64,000 bases of DNA from positions 1,666,011-1,730,010 of the forward strand of contig NC_019977.1 of NCBI RefSeq assembly GCF_000328665.1. Direction: 5' to 3'. Below, piece by piece: positions 20,207 through 31,045 of this stretch (position 1 is the first letter of the stretch; the number at the start of each line of letters is the position of its first letter). The DNA comes from Methanomethylovorans hollandica DSM 15978 (lineage in GTDB: Archaea; Halobacteriota; Methanosarcinia; Methanosarcinales; Methanosarcinaceae). Under the pieces are notes generated by a model, which was not told the origin of the DNA, ran no database searches, and worked only from the letters and a program-made list of their open reading frames with translations. The translations under genes were made by a program, and so were the position numbers.

Positions 20207-20254
20207 ATCTATGTTTTTTAATATATAGCTTGTACCCTATAATAGCATACGCCA

Positions 20255-21058
20255 TTATTGGTTATGAACTTCCAGTATTGACTTAGGGGCATGAGCCAGC
20301 TTTACTAAAGACTCAGCTTCCACAAAATGTGTATCTGCCGGAATAATCATTATATGAAGTGGTGCACCGAAATCGAAGTTTTTCAGCCTTTGAATGTGGT
20401 CTGCTGCAACCGCCGGGAAGTCTGATCCGGCTCTTGCGATGCCTACAGCTATTCTGTCCTGCAGTATGTTTGTACTTCTCTTTGCTTCCACCTGCAACAG
20501 AAGGTCCAGTGCCTGGTTCACTGTCATATAACCTTTTTCTTTATCGATATCAAGGAAAACAAGGGTATGCAGGCCATGCTCAAGATTCTGGAGAACAGTA
20601 TCATAAGGGGTTTCCGAAATTACTGTTTTTCCCCGGCTGCTGGTATATGGATGGGGAACAGTAACAGCTTTTCCAAATCTGTAGTTTTGCAAGCCCGTAA
20701 GCCCACATACAGCGGATGAGATAGAAGAACCGTGCACAAGCTTTGTAGTGATACCCATTTCCATAGCGCGCAGGCGCAGGTCAACGTGGGTAGTCGAGAC
20801 CATTGTATCCCCCCCTGTAAGGAATACCACATCTTCATTTATGGCATGTTCAAGCCAGTTGGGATACTGTTCCACTTCCTCCCGTGTGAGAACTGTTATT
20901 TTCTTATTGTATAGTCCTTCCATCTTTTCCAGGGTAGTACCCATAAGCCTGGATGTGTAAAACTCTGCATAGACTCTGTTTGCGCGGGCAATAGCTTCGA
21001 GGCCTTTCAAAGATATGTCTTTCTCGTCAAAAAGCCCCAATCCAATGAAGGTCAACAT
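20255..21058 (-). CDS. dph5: Diphthine synthase
   Basis: MLTFIGLGL, YAEFYTS, GGDTMVSTTH, GLQNYRFG, HTLVFLDI, FGAPLH. Confidence 0.95.
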   Translation of the reverse strand: MLTFIGLGLFDEKDISLKGLEAIARANRVYAEFYTSRLMGTTLEKMEGLYNKKITVLTREEVEQYPNWLEHAINEDVVFLTGGDTMVSTTHVDLRLRAMEMGITTKLVHGSSISSAVCGLTGLQNYRFGKAVTVPHPYTSSRGKTVISETPYDTVLQNLEHGLHTLVFLDIDKEKGYMTVNQALDLLLQVEAKRSTNILQDRIAVGIARAGSDFPAVAADHIQRLKNFDFGAPLHIMIIPADTHFVEAESLVKLAHAPKSILEVHNQ

Positions 21059-21219
21059 AACCGAGAAATGGAATTAATGATTTAAATGTTTTGACCATGC
21101 AAAAACGCACATACACTTATCGAAATGCTTTTATAGAACCATATACAGTTAATTCAATTCATACGTAAAAAAGATACATTCAAATAAGTTCATCATCTGG
21201 ATTCAGGAGGTTCGAAATT

Positions 21220-22869
21220 ATGGCACAACAAGGCATGTCAATACAAATGGCAGGACAATATGGAGGCCAGCCGGTATATATCATTAATCCAACAACTGAA
21301 CATACACAGGGTAAAGATGCCCTTTCCATGAACATTAACGCCGCCAAAGCGGTTGCAAAACTGGTGCGTTCCACCTTAGGACCAAAAGGCATGGATAAAA
21401 TGCTGGTCAACATCCTTGGTGATATTGTTCTGACCAATGATGGTGCCACCATACTCAAGGAAATGGAGATCGAGCATCCCACAGCAAAAATGATCGTCGA
21501 GGTTGCCAAGACACAGGAGGACATTGCAGGGGACGGTACCACCAGTGCTGTTGTATTAGCAGGCAGTCTGATGGATAAAGCAGGAGATCTTTTAGAAAAA
21601 GGAATTCATCCGATCGTTATCTTCAAAGGATACAACCTTGCTACCGAGAAAGCCATCGAGATCCTGGAGAACTTTGCCATAAAAGTAGACAAGGACGACA
21701 GAAAGACACTTGAAAAGATAGCAGAAACCTCTATTACAGGAAAAGCTCCAGAAGCGTCTTCAGACCATCTGGCAAAGGTATGTGTCGATGCAGTACTGGC
21801 AATAGAGGAAAATGGCAAGTATAACATAGATGAGAAGATAGTGATCAGGAAAGAGGCTGGCGGCAAGATCACCGATACAGAGGTAATACAGGGCATTTAC
21901 ATCAACAAATATCGTCTTCACCCTGACACCCCTGCCAAAGTTGAAGGTGCAAAGATAGCACTTCTGGATATGCCAATAGAGTTCGCCAAGACAAATACAA
22001 AGTCAAAGATCCAGCTTGGCAGTGTGGAGGAAATGTTTGCATTCAGAGATCAGGAAATGATCAATTTCCATAAAATGCTGGACACGGTCATAGCAACAGG
22101 TGCCAACGTAGTCTTTTCTTCCAAGAACATCGATGACAATGCAGTTCATTACCTCATGAGGCACAACATCTTCACCTGCAGAAGGCTGAAAGATGAAGAT
22201 ATGGCAGTGCTTTCCCTTGCCACGGGCGCCAAGCTCGTAAGGAACATGAAAGAAATAACTGCTGATGACCTAGGATCTGCCGAGGTAGTGGAACAGGAGT
22301 CAGAATACGAAGAGAAGACACTTATCACTGGATTCAAAAAGTCCAATTCTGTTACCATTCTGATTAAGGCAGGCAGTGAGCATCTCACTGACAACATTGA
22401 ACGTGCATTCGATGATGCTCTTAACGTGGTGAAATCAGTACTTGAAGATAAAGCAATAGTGCCGGGAGGAGGAGCCTCTGAGATGCAGGTGGCACAGGGA
22501 TTGCGCTCTTATGCTTCTACTATAGAGGGACGCGAACAGCTTGCCATCCATGCCTTTGCCGATGCCATGGAAGAGATACCAAAAGCAATAGCAGAGAATG
22601 CAGGTTTGGATAAGATCAACATGCTGTTGCAGTTGCGTGCCGAATCAGGAAAGAATAAGAACAGTGGGATCAACGTGTATTCCGGCAAGGTAGAGGATAT
22701 GATAAAAAACAATGTAATTGATCCGCTTCGTGTAAAGACACAGGCCATCAAGTCTGCATCAGAAGTATCTGCCATGATATTACGCGTTGACGATATGCTC
22801 AGGGCCCAGGAAAGGGATATGCAGGACGTAAACCCTGCACACAATGTCCATAATTACAACATGGGATGA
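21220..22869 (+). CDS. Thermosome (group II chaperonin) subunit
   Basis: [39 protein letters not shown]. Confidence 0.96.
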   Translation: MAQQGMSIQMAGQYGGQPVYIINPTTEHTQGKDALSMNINAAKAVAKLVRSTLGPKGMDKMLVNILGDIVLTNDGATILKEMEIEHPTAKMIVEVAKTQEDIAGDGTTSAVVLAGSLMDKAGDLLEKGIHPIVIFKGYNLATEKAIEILENFAIKVDKDDRKTLEKIAETSITGKAPEASSDHLAKVCVDAVLAIEENGKYNIDEKIVIRKEAGGKITDTEVIQGIYINKYRLHPDTPAKVEGAKIALLDMPIEFAKTNTKSKIQLGSVEEMFAFRDQEMINFHKMLDTVIATGANVVFSSKNIDDNAVHYLMRHNIFTCRRLKDEDMAVLSLATGAKLVRNMKEITADDLGSAEVVEQESEYEEKTLITGFKKSNSVTILIKAGSEHLTDNIERAFDDALNVVKSVLEDKAIVPGGGASEMQVAQGLRSYASTIEGREQLAIHAFADAMEEIPKAIAENAGLDKINMLLQLRAESGKNKNSGINVYSGKVEDMIKNNVIDPLRVKTQAIKSASEVSAMILRVDDMLRAQERDMQDVNPAHNVHNYNMG

Positions 22870-22934
22870 ACTTATAAACGAGAGCCATATCAAAACGGCA
22901 GCTTTATCGTAACGAAATGGTTTGTAAGGTTTAC

Positions 22935-23516
22935 TTACAAACCATAGAAATTTCTGTAATCTTCCATTACCTTTTTTGTCTGCTCAGGATACCTTTTTGT
23001 GAGCTGCTCAATAAAATGCTCTTTGGATAAGCATTCTTTCATTTTTTCAGCGATTTTTGATCCATAATCCTTAGAGATGCGGTTTTCTTTCTGGATCTCA
23101 AAAGAAAGACATAGTGATTCTGCAGGGAAGTAGTCCTTTCTGATGACGGGTGATACAGAACCAAGAAGCACATCATTATCAAGCTGACTATATGCAGGAA
23201 CTCCGGTCTTGTGTATCCGGTCTGCACCTGTCAGCAGCTTTTGGTTCTGCTTTGAATATGAGTGGAACTCAATGTATATACTGGGTCTGAGTGCTTCCAC
23301 AGCTTGTATTATTGGCCTGCCAAGTGTCCTGTAGTAACTTTCTTCCAGGGTAGATACATATTTTTCTTTGCATATGATGGGTATTATCGCCAGAGAACCC
23401 ACAGCAGGAGGTGTAAGTCCTTCCAATATGTCGGAAGTGTCCATCCATTCATTACCATGCAGACCCCCAACGAAAAGTCTTATGGGATCACCATCACCCA
23501 GCATCTTATATTTCAT
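22935..23516 (-). CDS. DUF2119 family protein (M14-like Zn hydrolase motifs)
   Basis: LFVGGLHGNE, YIEFHSY, LLGSVSP; ATG 23516 after GAGGTG. Confidence 0.75.
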   Translation of the reverse strand: MKYKMLGDGDPIRLFVGGLHGNEWMDTSDILEGLTPPAVGSLAIIPIICKEKYVSTLEESYYRTLGRPIIQAVEALRPSIYIEFHSYSKQNQKLLTGADRIHKTGVPAYSQLDNDVLLGSVSPVIRKDYFPAESLCLSFEIQKENRISKDYGSKIAEKMKECLSKEHFIEQLTKRYPEQTKKVMEDYRNFYGL

Positions 23517-24195
23517 CGGACACCACCTCATTGTGTTTTCCGTTCTTGCAGGCGATCACATATATCTCCTGTTTTTGTGGCTCTATGACCTGAAGAACTG
23601 TAACCCCGAGAGCCGCTATTGTGGATATAATGGGTTCCCGGGACTCACTTTTTTTTATCTTTATGACCTGCAGCAGTTTCCCACCCTCCCTGAGTAAGGG
23701 AAGCACTCTTTTAAGTGCCAAAAGAGAATCCCCGGGCTCCAGGGTCATGTCGCTTAATATGACATCCACTTTCTCAGATGACATTGCCTTAAGAGGAAGA
23801 GTAAAAACATCTCCGAACAATACACTCACATTTTCATGTTCATGCGTTATCCTTTCAAGCTCTGCATGAAAGTCTGTGCTGAACTCAATGCCGCGTACTT
23901 TTCCTGCTATCTGTGAAGCATAGAGCAAAAATCCTCCTGCGCTTGAACCCAGATCAAGGACATTGTCTCCTTCACAGATAATGCCGGAAGCTTCCTGAAT
24001 GAGCTTTAGCTTGAAATAGCCCTTGGGCATATCAAGTCCTTCAGCGACTTCGATAGAGTGATCGGTGCTGACATCCTTGGAAGGTTTAGTTACTATGTTT
24101 CCTCCCACTCGTACATTACCACGGATAATAGCATCCTTTGCACGTACTCTTGAGCTAAAATAACCCATGTCCACAAGATAGGTGTCAAGCCTCAT
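23506..24195 (-). CDS. S4 + FtsJ-type RNA methyltransferase (TlyA-like)
   Basis: MRLDTYLV...SR..AKDAI..G.V S4 domain; VLDLGSSAGGF. Confidence 0.85.
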   Translation of the reverse strand: MRLDTYLVDMGYFSSRVRAKDAIIRGNVRVGGNIVTKPSKDVSTDHSIEVAEGLDMPKGYFKLKLIQEASGIICEGDNVLDLGSSAGGFLLYASQIAGKVRGIEFSTDFHAELERITHEHENVSVLFGDVFTLPLKAMSSEKVDVILSDMTLEPGDSLLALKRVLPLLREGGKLLQVIKIKKSESREPIISTIAALGVTVLQVIEPQKQEIYVIACKNGKHNEVVSDEI

Positions 24196-24325
24196 GGAAC
24201 ACATATTTACGGATCAAGGAATATAAAATCATGCAACGGTAACAAACAGAGATATGTTATTAACGATTTAGTACATAAATCAAGCTGGATACATTAGTAT
24301 ATTCAAAGCTTAATGGAAGCATATT

Positions 24326-25240
24326 ATGCTGCAAAAGTTCACTTCCCTATTTCCGATCTGGGCTATCATTCTATCAGCAGTCGCACTTTTACATCCCGGG
24401 ACCTTTCTGCCATACAATAAAGCCATACCTTTTCTGCTGGGGCTTGTGATGTTTGGGATGGGCATGACACTGACTCTTCGAGATTTTCTGCTGGTCTTCA
24501 AAAGACCTAAAGTGGTGATCATCGGAACGGTACTCCAGTATACTCTGATGCCCCTGGCAGGTTTTTCCATTGCCAGGACCTTGGACCTTTCCCCTGAGCT
24601 TACAGCAGGCGTGGTGCTTCTGGGATGTTGTCCGGGAGGTACGGCTTCAAATGTGATATGCTATCTTGCAAAAGGAGATGTTGCACTGTCTATTGTGCTG
24701 ACATCTGTTTCTACATTGATCTCCTTTATTATGACCCCTCTGCTCACGTGGATCTATATGGGCCAGACCATCGAAGTGGATACATACGGCATGCTTATCA
24801 GCATCCTGCAGATCGTTATAGTGCCTGTTGTTCTGGGGATCGCCATTAATTCACTTCTCGGTGTCCGCATAAGGAATATACGGCATTTCTTCCCTGCACT
24901 TTCAATAGCAACCATCGTATTCATAATATCTATCATCATGGCCACGAACAGAGAAACTGTAATCTCGGCAGGCATCCTGGTCACGACTGCTGTCATTGTG
25001 CACAATCTGCTTGGACTTGCAAGCGGGTATGGCCTTTCCAGACTGATGGGTCTCAGTGAGATAGAGGCAAGGACCATTGGTATAGAAGTGGGGATGCAGA
25101 ACTCTGGCTTAAGCGTTGCCCTTGCAATAAAGCATTTCACAGCTGCAGCTGCACTTCCGGGTGCTCTGTTCAGCATCTGGCATAATATCTCAGGGTCTTT
25201 TGCAGCTTCTTATTGGGCAGAAAGAAACATATCTGAATGA
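24326..25240 (+). CDS. Bile acid:sodium symporter family transporter (PanS-like)
   Basis: MFGMGMTL, CPGGTASNV, IEVGMQNSGL, FSIWHNISGS. Confidence 0.9.
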   Translation: MLQKFTSLFPIWAIILSAVALLHPGTFLPYNKAIPFLLGLVMFGMGMTLTLRDFLLVFKRPKVVIIGTVLQYTLMPLAGFSIARTLDLSPELTAGVVLLGCCPGGTASNVICYLAKGDVALSIVLTSVSTLISFIMTPLLTWIYMGQTIEVDTYGMLISILQIVIVPVVLGIAINSLLGVRIRNIRHFFPALSIATIVFIISIIMATNRETVISAGILVTTAVIVHNLLGLASGYGLSRLMGLSEIEARTIGIEVGMQNSGLSVALAIKHFTAAAALPGALFSIWHNISGSFAASYWAERNISE

Positions 25241-25273
25241 TGTATTCATATATCCGTACTCAGATAAAGGAGA

Positions 25274-25972
25274 ATGACGTTGTTAAAAACATTGATATTC
25301 GATATGGATGGAGTGCTTGTGGATTCCATGCCATACCATGTTGAGGCAATGCAGCACATCTTTGACCAGATGGGTGTGTACATGGACCAGCAGGTTATCT
25401 ATGAAAGAGAAGGCGAAAAGACCATCGACATTATACGTCTGCTACTGGAAAAAGCAGGCATTGATAACGGCAGGTTCGATCTTGAATCAATAGTTGAGAA
25501 ATATATTGAAGAGTTCAATATTATAGTTGTACTGAATGCCTTTGAAGGCATGCCGGAATGCCTCGAGGTGCTCAAGAACAGATATGCACTTGCAGTGGTT
25601 TCCGGTGCTGATAAACCAATTGTGCACAGTGTTCTGAATAGCTTATATCCAGGACTTTTCAGCGTAGTGGTCACAGGAGATGATGTTGCTAACGGCAAGC
25701 CAGCTCCTGATCCTTATCTTAAGGCGTTGGAGATGCTGAATATGCAAAAGAATGAGTGCATTGTAATAGAGAACGCTCCTGTAGGCATACAGGCTGCAAA
25801 AGCTGCAGGCCTTTGCTGCATAGCGGTTCCTACTTACCTGGATCCCCAGGAGCTCCATCAGGCAGATCTTGTTGCAATGGACCACGATCTTCTCATTGAT
25901 CTCCTGCTTAATCTGAACTCAGCTACCCCGGAAGCTTGCATAAAAGAGTGTGCTCACTCTGTGAAATTGTAA
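25274..25972 (+). CDS. HAD-family phosphatase
   Basis: FDMDGVLVDS, GKPAPDPY, VIENA..GI.AA. Confidence 0.9.
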   Translation: MTLLKTLIFDMDGVLVDSMPYHVEAMQHIFDQMGVYMDQQVIYEREGEKTIDIIRLLLEKAGIDNGRFDLESIVEKYIEEFNIIVVLNAFEGMPECLEVLKNRYALAVVSGADKPIVHSVLNSLYPGLFSVVVTGDDVANGKPAPDPYLKALEMLNMQKNECIVIENAPVGIQAAKAAGLCCIAVPTYLDPQELHQADLVAMDHDLLIDLLLNLNSATPEACIKECAHSVKL

Positions 25973-27048
25973 TTGCATTTTATCCCGGTTTCATCAGAAC
26001 ACAGGTTACAAGAGACACATTTTGCGATCTCTGTCTCTCCTTTTTTTAGTTTCATCACCAGATCAGGTTCTGCTATCAATGGCCTGCACAGGGAGATCAT
26101 ATCAGCATATCCTTCCTTAAGCAACATTTCCATTACCTGCTTCGATCTGATGCCTCCCACAAGGATCACGGGCACATCGACCTGCTCTTTTATCATTTTA
26201 GCATATTCCCGGTAATATGCTTCCTTTTTTGGTGAATTGATCTTGGTCCTGAAAAGCTCACCCCCGGCTTCTGCAATGCCTCCGCTGACCTCTATGGCAC
26301 ATACACCATTGTCTGCAAGGATCTTTGCTATCTCTATACTTTCAGGAGATTCAAGAGAATGTTTATGGGAATCGGGTTTAAAACCATCGGTAAAGTTCAG
26401 TTTGACCAGGATCGGATAATCTTCACCTGCCAGTTCCCTGGCACGTGAGATAATGTCAAGGATCACCTGTGTCCTCTTTTCAGTGGAACCGCCCCATCTG
26501 TCCTTGCGCCTGTTGGTGTATGAGGATATGAAATTGCTGAGCAGGAAACCGTGTGCACAATGCAGCTGGATACCATCGAATCCTGCTTCCTTTGCACGCC
26601 TGGTAGCCTGCGCAAAATCCTCAATGGTTTCCAGCACTTCTTTCCCGGTCATTTCCTCAGGTGTCATGCCCTTTGTAGTTTCGATAACCGCAGAAGGCGC
26701 CAGCATATAAGGGTTATCGGCAGTGACCATGGTCTGCCGTCCCCCATGTGCTATTTGCAGGACTATCTTACTACCATGTTCATGCACCCTTGAAACTATC
26801 TCCTTATAGGGCCCGATGAACCTGTCATCATAGATACCCTGTTGCAGATCATCGCTTTTACCCTTCGGATTAACATAGGCATATCCGGTTATGATAAGCC
26901 CTACTTCATTGAGAGCAAGTTCCTCATACAGGTCGCCAATGCGTGAGGTAGGAGTACCGTCGGGCTCTGCCATCCATTCGTGTGTGGCAGATCGGACAAA
27001 ACGGTTAGGGATCTTGATACCGGCTATATTTATGGGTTCGAACAACAT
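25954..27048 (-). CDS. NADH:flavin oxidoreductase (Old Yellow Enzyme family)
   Basis: NRFVRSAT, QIAHGGRQ, GFDGIQLHCAHGFLLS, N.R.D.WGGS, C-terminal CVSCNLC. Confidence 0.92.
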   Translation of the reverse strand: MLFEPINIAGIKIPNRFVRSATHEWMAEPDGTPTSRIGDLYEELALNEVGLIITGYAYVNPKGKSDDLQQGIYDDRFIGPYKEIVSRVHEHGSKIVLQIAHGGRQTMVTADNPYMLAPSAVIETTKGMTPEEMTGKEVLETIEDFAQATRRAKEAGFDGIQLHCAHGFLLSNFISSYTNRRKDRWGGSTEKRTQVILDIISRARELAGEDYPILVKLNFTDGFKPDSHKHSLESPESIEIAKILADNGVCAIEVSGGIAEAGGELFRTKINSPKKEAYYREYAKMIKEQVDVPVILVGGIRSKQVMEMLLKEGYADMISLCRPLIAEPDLVMKLKKGETEIAKCVSCNLCSDETGIKCNYNFTE

Positions 27049-27369
27049 AGATATAATTGTTTCTTCCAGGAAGTTATAACTTTTTCTTTTTCAGAATCTG
27101 CAGAGATCATAGCTACGACCTGAACTGTGTGCAGATGCAACCACAGGGTATACATGATACAAATAGTAAAAAAAGTAAATAGAGTTCGCAAAGATGGATG
27201 CTATTCCCGTGCTCTGTAAACTCAGTGACTCAAATATAATGTGCTGTTTTCCATAAAGCCGATTTGAGCTTTATTCTCTTACAAAGGATATGCTGATGTC
27301 AGCTTAAGTCCTGCTTCCTTACGGATTTCCCCGGAGTATTCGGGTCCTGTGTGAGCCTATAGAACCTGT

Positions 27370-27927
27370 TCAGTTTGTCAGTTTTAAACCTGCTGCTTTG
27401 GCTCTGGCCATCAGTTCAGCATTACCTTTCACCGAACCGGGTTCGCTGTATCCTGCAGCTATGATAGTATCAATAGTTTCTATGCCCATGAAATTCTGAA
27501 TGCTCTGTGCAAACTCATTGAACACGGCTGCATATAGACCAGAATCAGGTGCTCCATGGGAACCAACGAGCACAGCTTTTATCCCGGGTTTTACACGGGG
27601 AGAGAAATCGGAATTTACAAGAGAATAGCATCTGTCCAGGAACAAACGCATCTGTCCGGTGAACTGGCTGAAATATATGGGCGAACCAAATACAATGGCA
27701 TCTGCTTTTGCCACAGAGTCCAGGACACGGGTCAGATCATCCTGTAGCTTGCACTTATCATGTATCTTGCAATGGCCACATCCCTGGCAGCCTTTGAATT
27801 CCAGTTCATTGAGATAGATTATCTCTGTTTCAGCACCTGCCTCTGCAGCTGACTCAATGGTTTGCCTGACAAGTGTAGCTGTATTTCCGTTAATGCGTGG
27901 ACTTCCGATAATACCTATAGTCTTCAT
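27370..27927 (-). CDS. Iron-sulfur flavoprotein (Isf / multimeric flavodoxin family)
   Basis: GSPRINGNT, CQGCGHCKIHDKC (Cx2Cx2Cx5C), GSPIYF, FLDR. Confidence 0.9.
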   Translation of the reverse strand: MKTIGIIGSPRINGNTATLVRQTIESAAEAGAETEIIYLNELEFKGCQGCGHCKIHDKCKLQDDLTRVLDSVAKADAIVFGSPIYFSQFTGQMRLFLDRCYSLVNSDFSPRVKPGIKAVLVGSHGAPDSGLYAAVFNEFAQSIQNFMGIETIDTIIAAGYSEPGSVKGNAELMARAKAAGLKLTN

Positions 27928-28071
27928 GTAATCTCCTCCGAAACATATTGAAATGAATTACCGGTTAAGGGCATTCTTCCATTATATTCTATTAGTCTTC
28001 TATTCTATGGAGATTAACTATATTTATATATCATACAATCATTTAGTATAGTAACTTACTGATTTGATATT

Positions 28072-28446
28072 ATGCAAAATATAGAACTTGTGCATGGCAT
28101 GCAAAACCACTGTAATTGTCCTATCGAGTCAACCTTGAATGTGATAGGTGGTAAATGGAAACCCATGATACTCTGTCTTCTGGCCAATGATACTTTACGT
28201 TATAATAAGATCCAGCAGCTCATACCTGAAGTGTCTCCAAAGATGCTGACAAAACAGCTGAGAGAACTTGAATATGATGGATTGATATTGAGAAAAATGT
28301 ATCCTGAGATCCCCCCAAAGGTCGAATATTCCATAACAGATTTTGGAAGGACCGTGCTTCCGGTATTAAAAACACTGCTGGAATGGGGAGCAGAATATAT
28401 GGGTAAGAAGTGCATTGCAACTACGCATGTTAATACAGATTATTAA
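28072..28446 (+). CDS. HxlR-family winged-helix regulator
   Basis: CPIESTLNVIGGKWK, SPKMLTKQLRELE, PPKVEYS; N-terminal CP typical of redox-sensing members. Confidence 0.92.
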   Translation: MQNIELVHGMQNHCNCPIESTLNVIGGKWKPMILCLLANDTLRYNKIQQLIPEVSPKMLTKQLRELEYDGLILRKMYPEIPPKVEYSITDFGRTVLPVLKTLLEWGAEYMGKKCIATTHVNTDY

Positions 28447-28584
28447 CCTAGATTATTGAATAAACTTCAAAATATCATAATCGCTCTTTTTATTAACATT
28501 TTCATACAAATAACACATACTTTACGAAACTTATATATATGTTCAGCAATTAATAAATAAATATCAAATAAGGGGAGATGCAAT

Positions 28585-29079
28585 ATGAAAACACTCGTTA
28601 CATACATGAGTCAGACAGGAAATACAAAGAAGATAGCTGAAGCCATCTATGGTGAACTTGAAGGGGAAAAGGACATAAAGCCAATCACTGAGGTAAAGGA
28701 CCTGCAGGGATATGACCTTGCATTCATAGGTTTTCCTATAATGCAGTTCGATATTCCGCCAGTGGTAAAGGACTTTGTATCAGCTAACACTAGCGGGAAA
28801 AAAATTGCAATATTCATGACACACGCTGTTCCTGAAGGGTTCGAAGCCATCCATTCGTGGACCGGTTCCTATGAACAGGCTGCAGCTGGTGCAGACATCC
28901 TTGGAAAATTTGATTGCCAGGGAGAGCTTGCACAGCCAATAATCGATATGCTGTTAAAGGCCGATGACCCCCAGATGAAAGCCTTTGGAGAGATGGGCCC
29001 TTCCACAAAAGGACAACCGGATGAATCCCGGGTCCAGAAAGCAAAGGCATTTGCAAAGGAAGTACAGGCAAAGGTCTGA
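28585..29079 (+). CDS. Flavodoxin
   Basis: YMSQTGNTKKIAEAI, FIGFP, F.CQGEL, GQPDE. Confidence 0.9.
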   Translation: MKTLVTYMSQTGNTKKIAEAIYGELEGEKDIKPITEVKDLQGYDLAFIGFPIMQFDIPPVVKDFVSANTSGKKIAIFMTHAVPEGFEAIHSWTGSYEQAAAGADILGKFDCQGELAQPIIDMLLKADDPQMKAFGEMGPSTKGQPDESRVQKAKAFAKEVQAKV

Positions 29080-29089
29080 TATTGCGAAG

Positions 29090-29128
29090 ATGGAACGGAG
29101 TTTTCAAAACTCCGGACGTTCCATTTTC
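29090..29128 (+). terminator. Hairpin plus T-run after flavodoxin
   Basis: atggaacg...cgttccat enclosing ggagtttt-c-aaaactcc. Confidence 0.6.
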
Positions 29129-29360
29129 AATTGAACATAATTTAATTTACATAGGTATATAATGGATTTTGTGATTCTTTTAATTTGTAAAGATATCCAG
29201 TAGATTTATGCCGGATGTGTCGGTGCAGGGTCAGATAGTGAGGATCATGCAGCATATCCAGAAGGTTATAACATGCTTACTTTTTTCCCACATCCTTAAA
29301 GAAGATATAATTAAAGGTCCCTTCTTCAGATGCCTTTTTGTGTAGAAGATTCCAAAGATT

Positions 29361-29801
29361 TCAGCAAATGAAGTATTCCTTCTTGGAACGGATATACAAC
29401 AGCACCGGAATGGACGTTATCAACGAGCTGGTTGCTATTATGATCAAAGAGTTAAACGTTATTGGAGGAAATATAAACAAGGAGAGAAATCCATTGACAG
29501 CTTCGAACAGAAGCCAGGGCAGTCCGAGCGTCCAGGAGATCTTTTTGAGCTTATAGAACCCGTATGTGATAACGAGTCCTATGACCCCGAATATAAAAGC
29601 TACCACAGTGCCCAGAAGTCCATATATCATTTTTCCGAATATGAAAGCCGGCATCTGAGGCATTGTCTGTAGCAAGTGTCCAATTGCTCCCAATATTAGT
29701 AATGTAAGCACCATATTAAACCCGGTTGGCCTCTTTAATTCCTTTGATAGCACATTACATCCCGGACCCACTACAGTTTCAGTTGACACGTTAATCCTCA
29801 C
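29361..29801 (-). CDS. Hypothetical membrane protein (about 4 TM)
   Basis: KRPTG followed by four hydrophobic segments and K..YF at the end; start uncertain. Confidence 0.6.
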   Translation of the reverse strand: MRINVSTETVVGPGCNVLSKELKRPTGFNMVLTLLILGAIGHLLQTMPQMPAFIFGKMIYGLLGTVVAFIFGVIGLVITYGFYKLKKISWTLGLPWLLFEAVNGFLSLFIFPPITFNSLIIIATSSLITSIPVLLYIRSKKEYFIC

Positions 29802-30050
29802 CTTTTAAACTTTTCACACAAAGTAATCCATGTTAATATAAAATACTATTGTACTGCATAAACTACCTCTAATGTTATATGAGTTTTTTTGTTTTTTTCT
29901 TACTTTATATTTAATTCAAATTACAATAATGCCTAAACTAATATGATATAAAAAGATATAATGTAGGTATTCTTAGAAGCAAGCCCCGGAATAGAAAGTA
30001 TGAAGTATTTCGCAAGATAGTTCTAAAGCATCAATCTTACTGGTAGAAAC

Positions 30051-31031
30051 ATGAAACCCGAAATAAAATCAGAACTTATTGCAGCAGGTTCCGTGGATAT
30101 GGATCCCATCCTGCTGGGCCGCACCACCATACCTACTGCAGGTCCCGGTGCAGGAAAAAAGGCATTTTTCTTTAGTTCCAGTGGTCACCGGGTACGCCTT
30201 GGGATCAACTCCGAATCTCCTCTTAAAGGTAAAAAAGAAAATGAAGAGCTTGTGATCACGAAAAATGGCCAGGAGATCGCCCGTGGATTCATAGAAGAAG
30301 AGATAATCCATTGTCCGGACCAGGCTTTCATCACCATGTGCGAAAAATGTATATTTGACTGCAAGTTCTGCCCTGTGCCCAAACTGCAGGGGAAAGTCAA
30401 GACCATGGACGAGATGCTTGCAATGATAGAAAAGGCCCATGCCACAGGCAGGATGCATGCGATATCTATCACATCAGGTGTAGAGATCTCTCCTGAAAAA
30501 GAAGTTGACAGAGCTGAGGAGCTCATCAGCAGGCTCAGGGAAAGATATACCGTGCCCATAGGTGTTTCAGTGTATCCCACTAAAGATTCCACCCGCAGGC
30601 TCAAAGATACCGGTGCCGATGAACTCAAATACAACGTAGAGACCATGGACAGGGATATCTTCAGCAAAGTGTGTCCGGGAGGTGGTCTGGAAGATGTGCT
30701 TGCCGGACTGCGGGAAGGTGTGGAGATCTTTGGACGCAATAAAGTTTGCTCGAATTTTATAATCGGCCTGGGAGAAACCGATGAATCTGCCATGAAAGGC
30801 ATTGAGGAGCTTGTGGCCATGGGCGTGGTCCCCATTCTCAGGGCCGCCAGTCCTCACCCCTTAAGAATTGGAGAGGTATTCATTGAAAGACCATCTGCTG
30901 ACAGGCTCATGCGTCTGACCCGCTTCCTGCGTGAGAAACTGGACGAATATGGTCTGCGTGCCGATACATTCCGGACAATGTGCCTTCCATGCACAGGATG
31001 CGATCTAAATCCGCATTCGGATCTGGAATAA
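30051..31031 (+). CDS. Radical SAM protein (biotin-synthase-like, function unknown)
   Basis: CIFDCKFC (CxxxCxxC), YNVET, IIGLGETDE, extra C-terminal CLPCTGC. Confidence 0.88.
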   Translation: MKPEIKSELIAAGSVDMDPILLGRTTIPTAGPGAGKKAFFFSSSGHRVRLGINSESPLKGKKENEELVITKNGQEIARGFIEEEIIHCPDQAFITMCEKCIFDCKFCPVPKLQGKVKTMDEMLAMIEKAHATGRMHAISITSGVEISPEKEVDRAEELISRLRERYTVPIGVSVYPTKDSTRRLKDTGADELKYNVETMDRDIFSKVCPGGGLEDVLAGLREGVEIFGRNKVCSNFIIGLGETDESAMKGIEELVAMGVVPILRAASPHPLRIGEVFIERPSADRLMRLTRFLREKLDEYGLRADTFRTMCLPCTGCDLNPHSDLE

Positions 31032-31045
31032 AGGGAAATGAAGAA

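Noticed and set aside
27110..27160. CIPCGCIC on the minus strand as a ferredoxin remnant
   Set aside because: Spacing does not fit CxxCxxCxxxC, and there is no supporting ORF.
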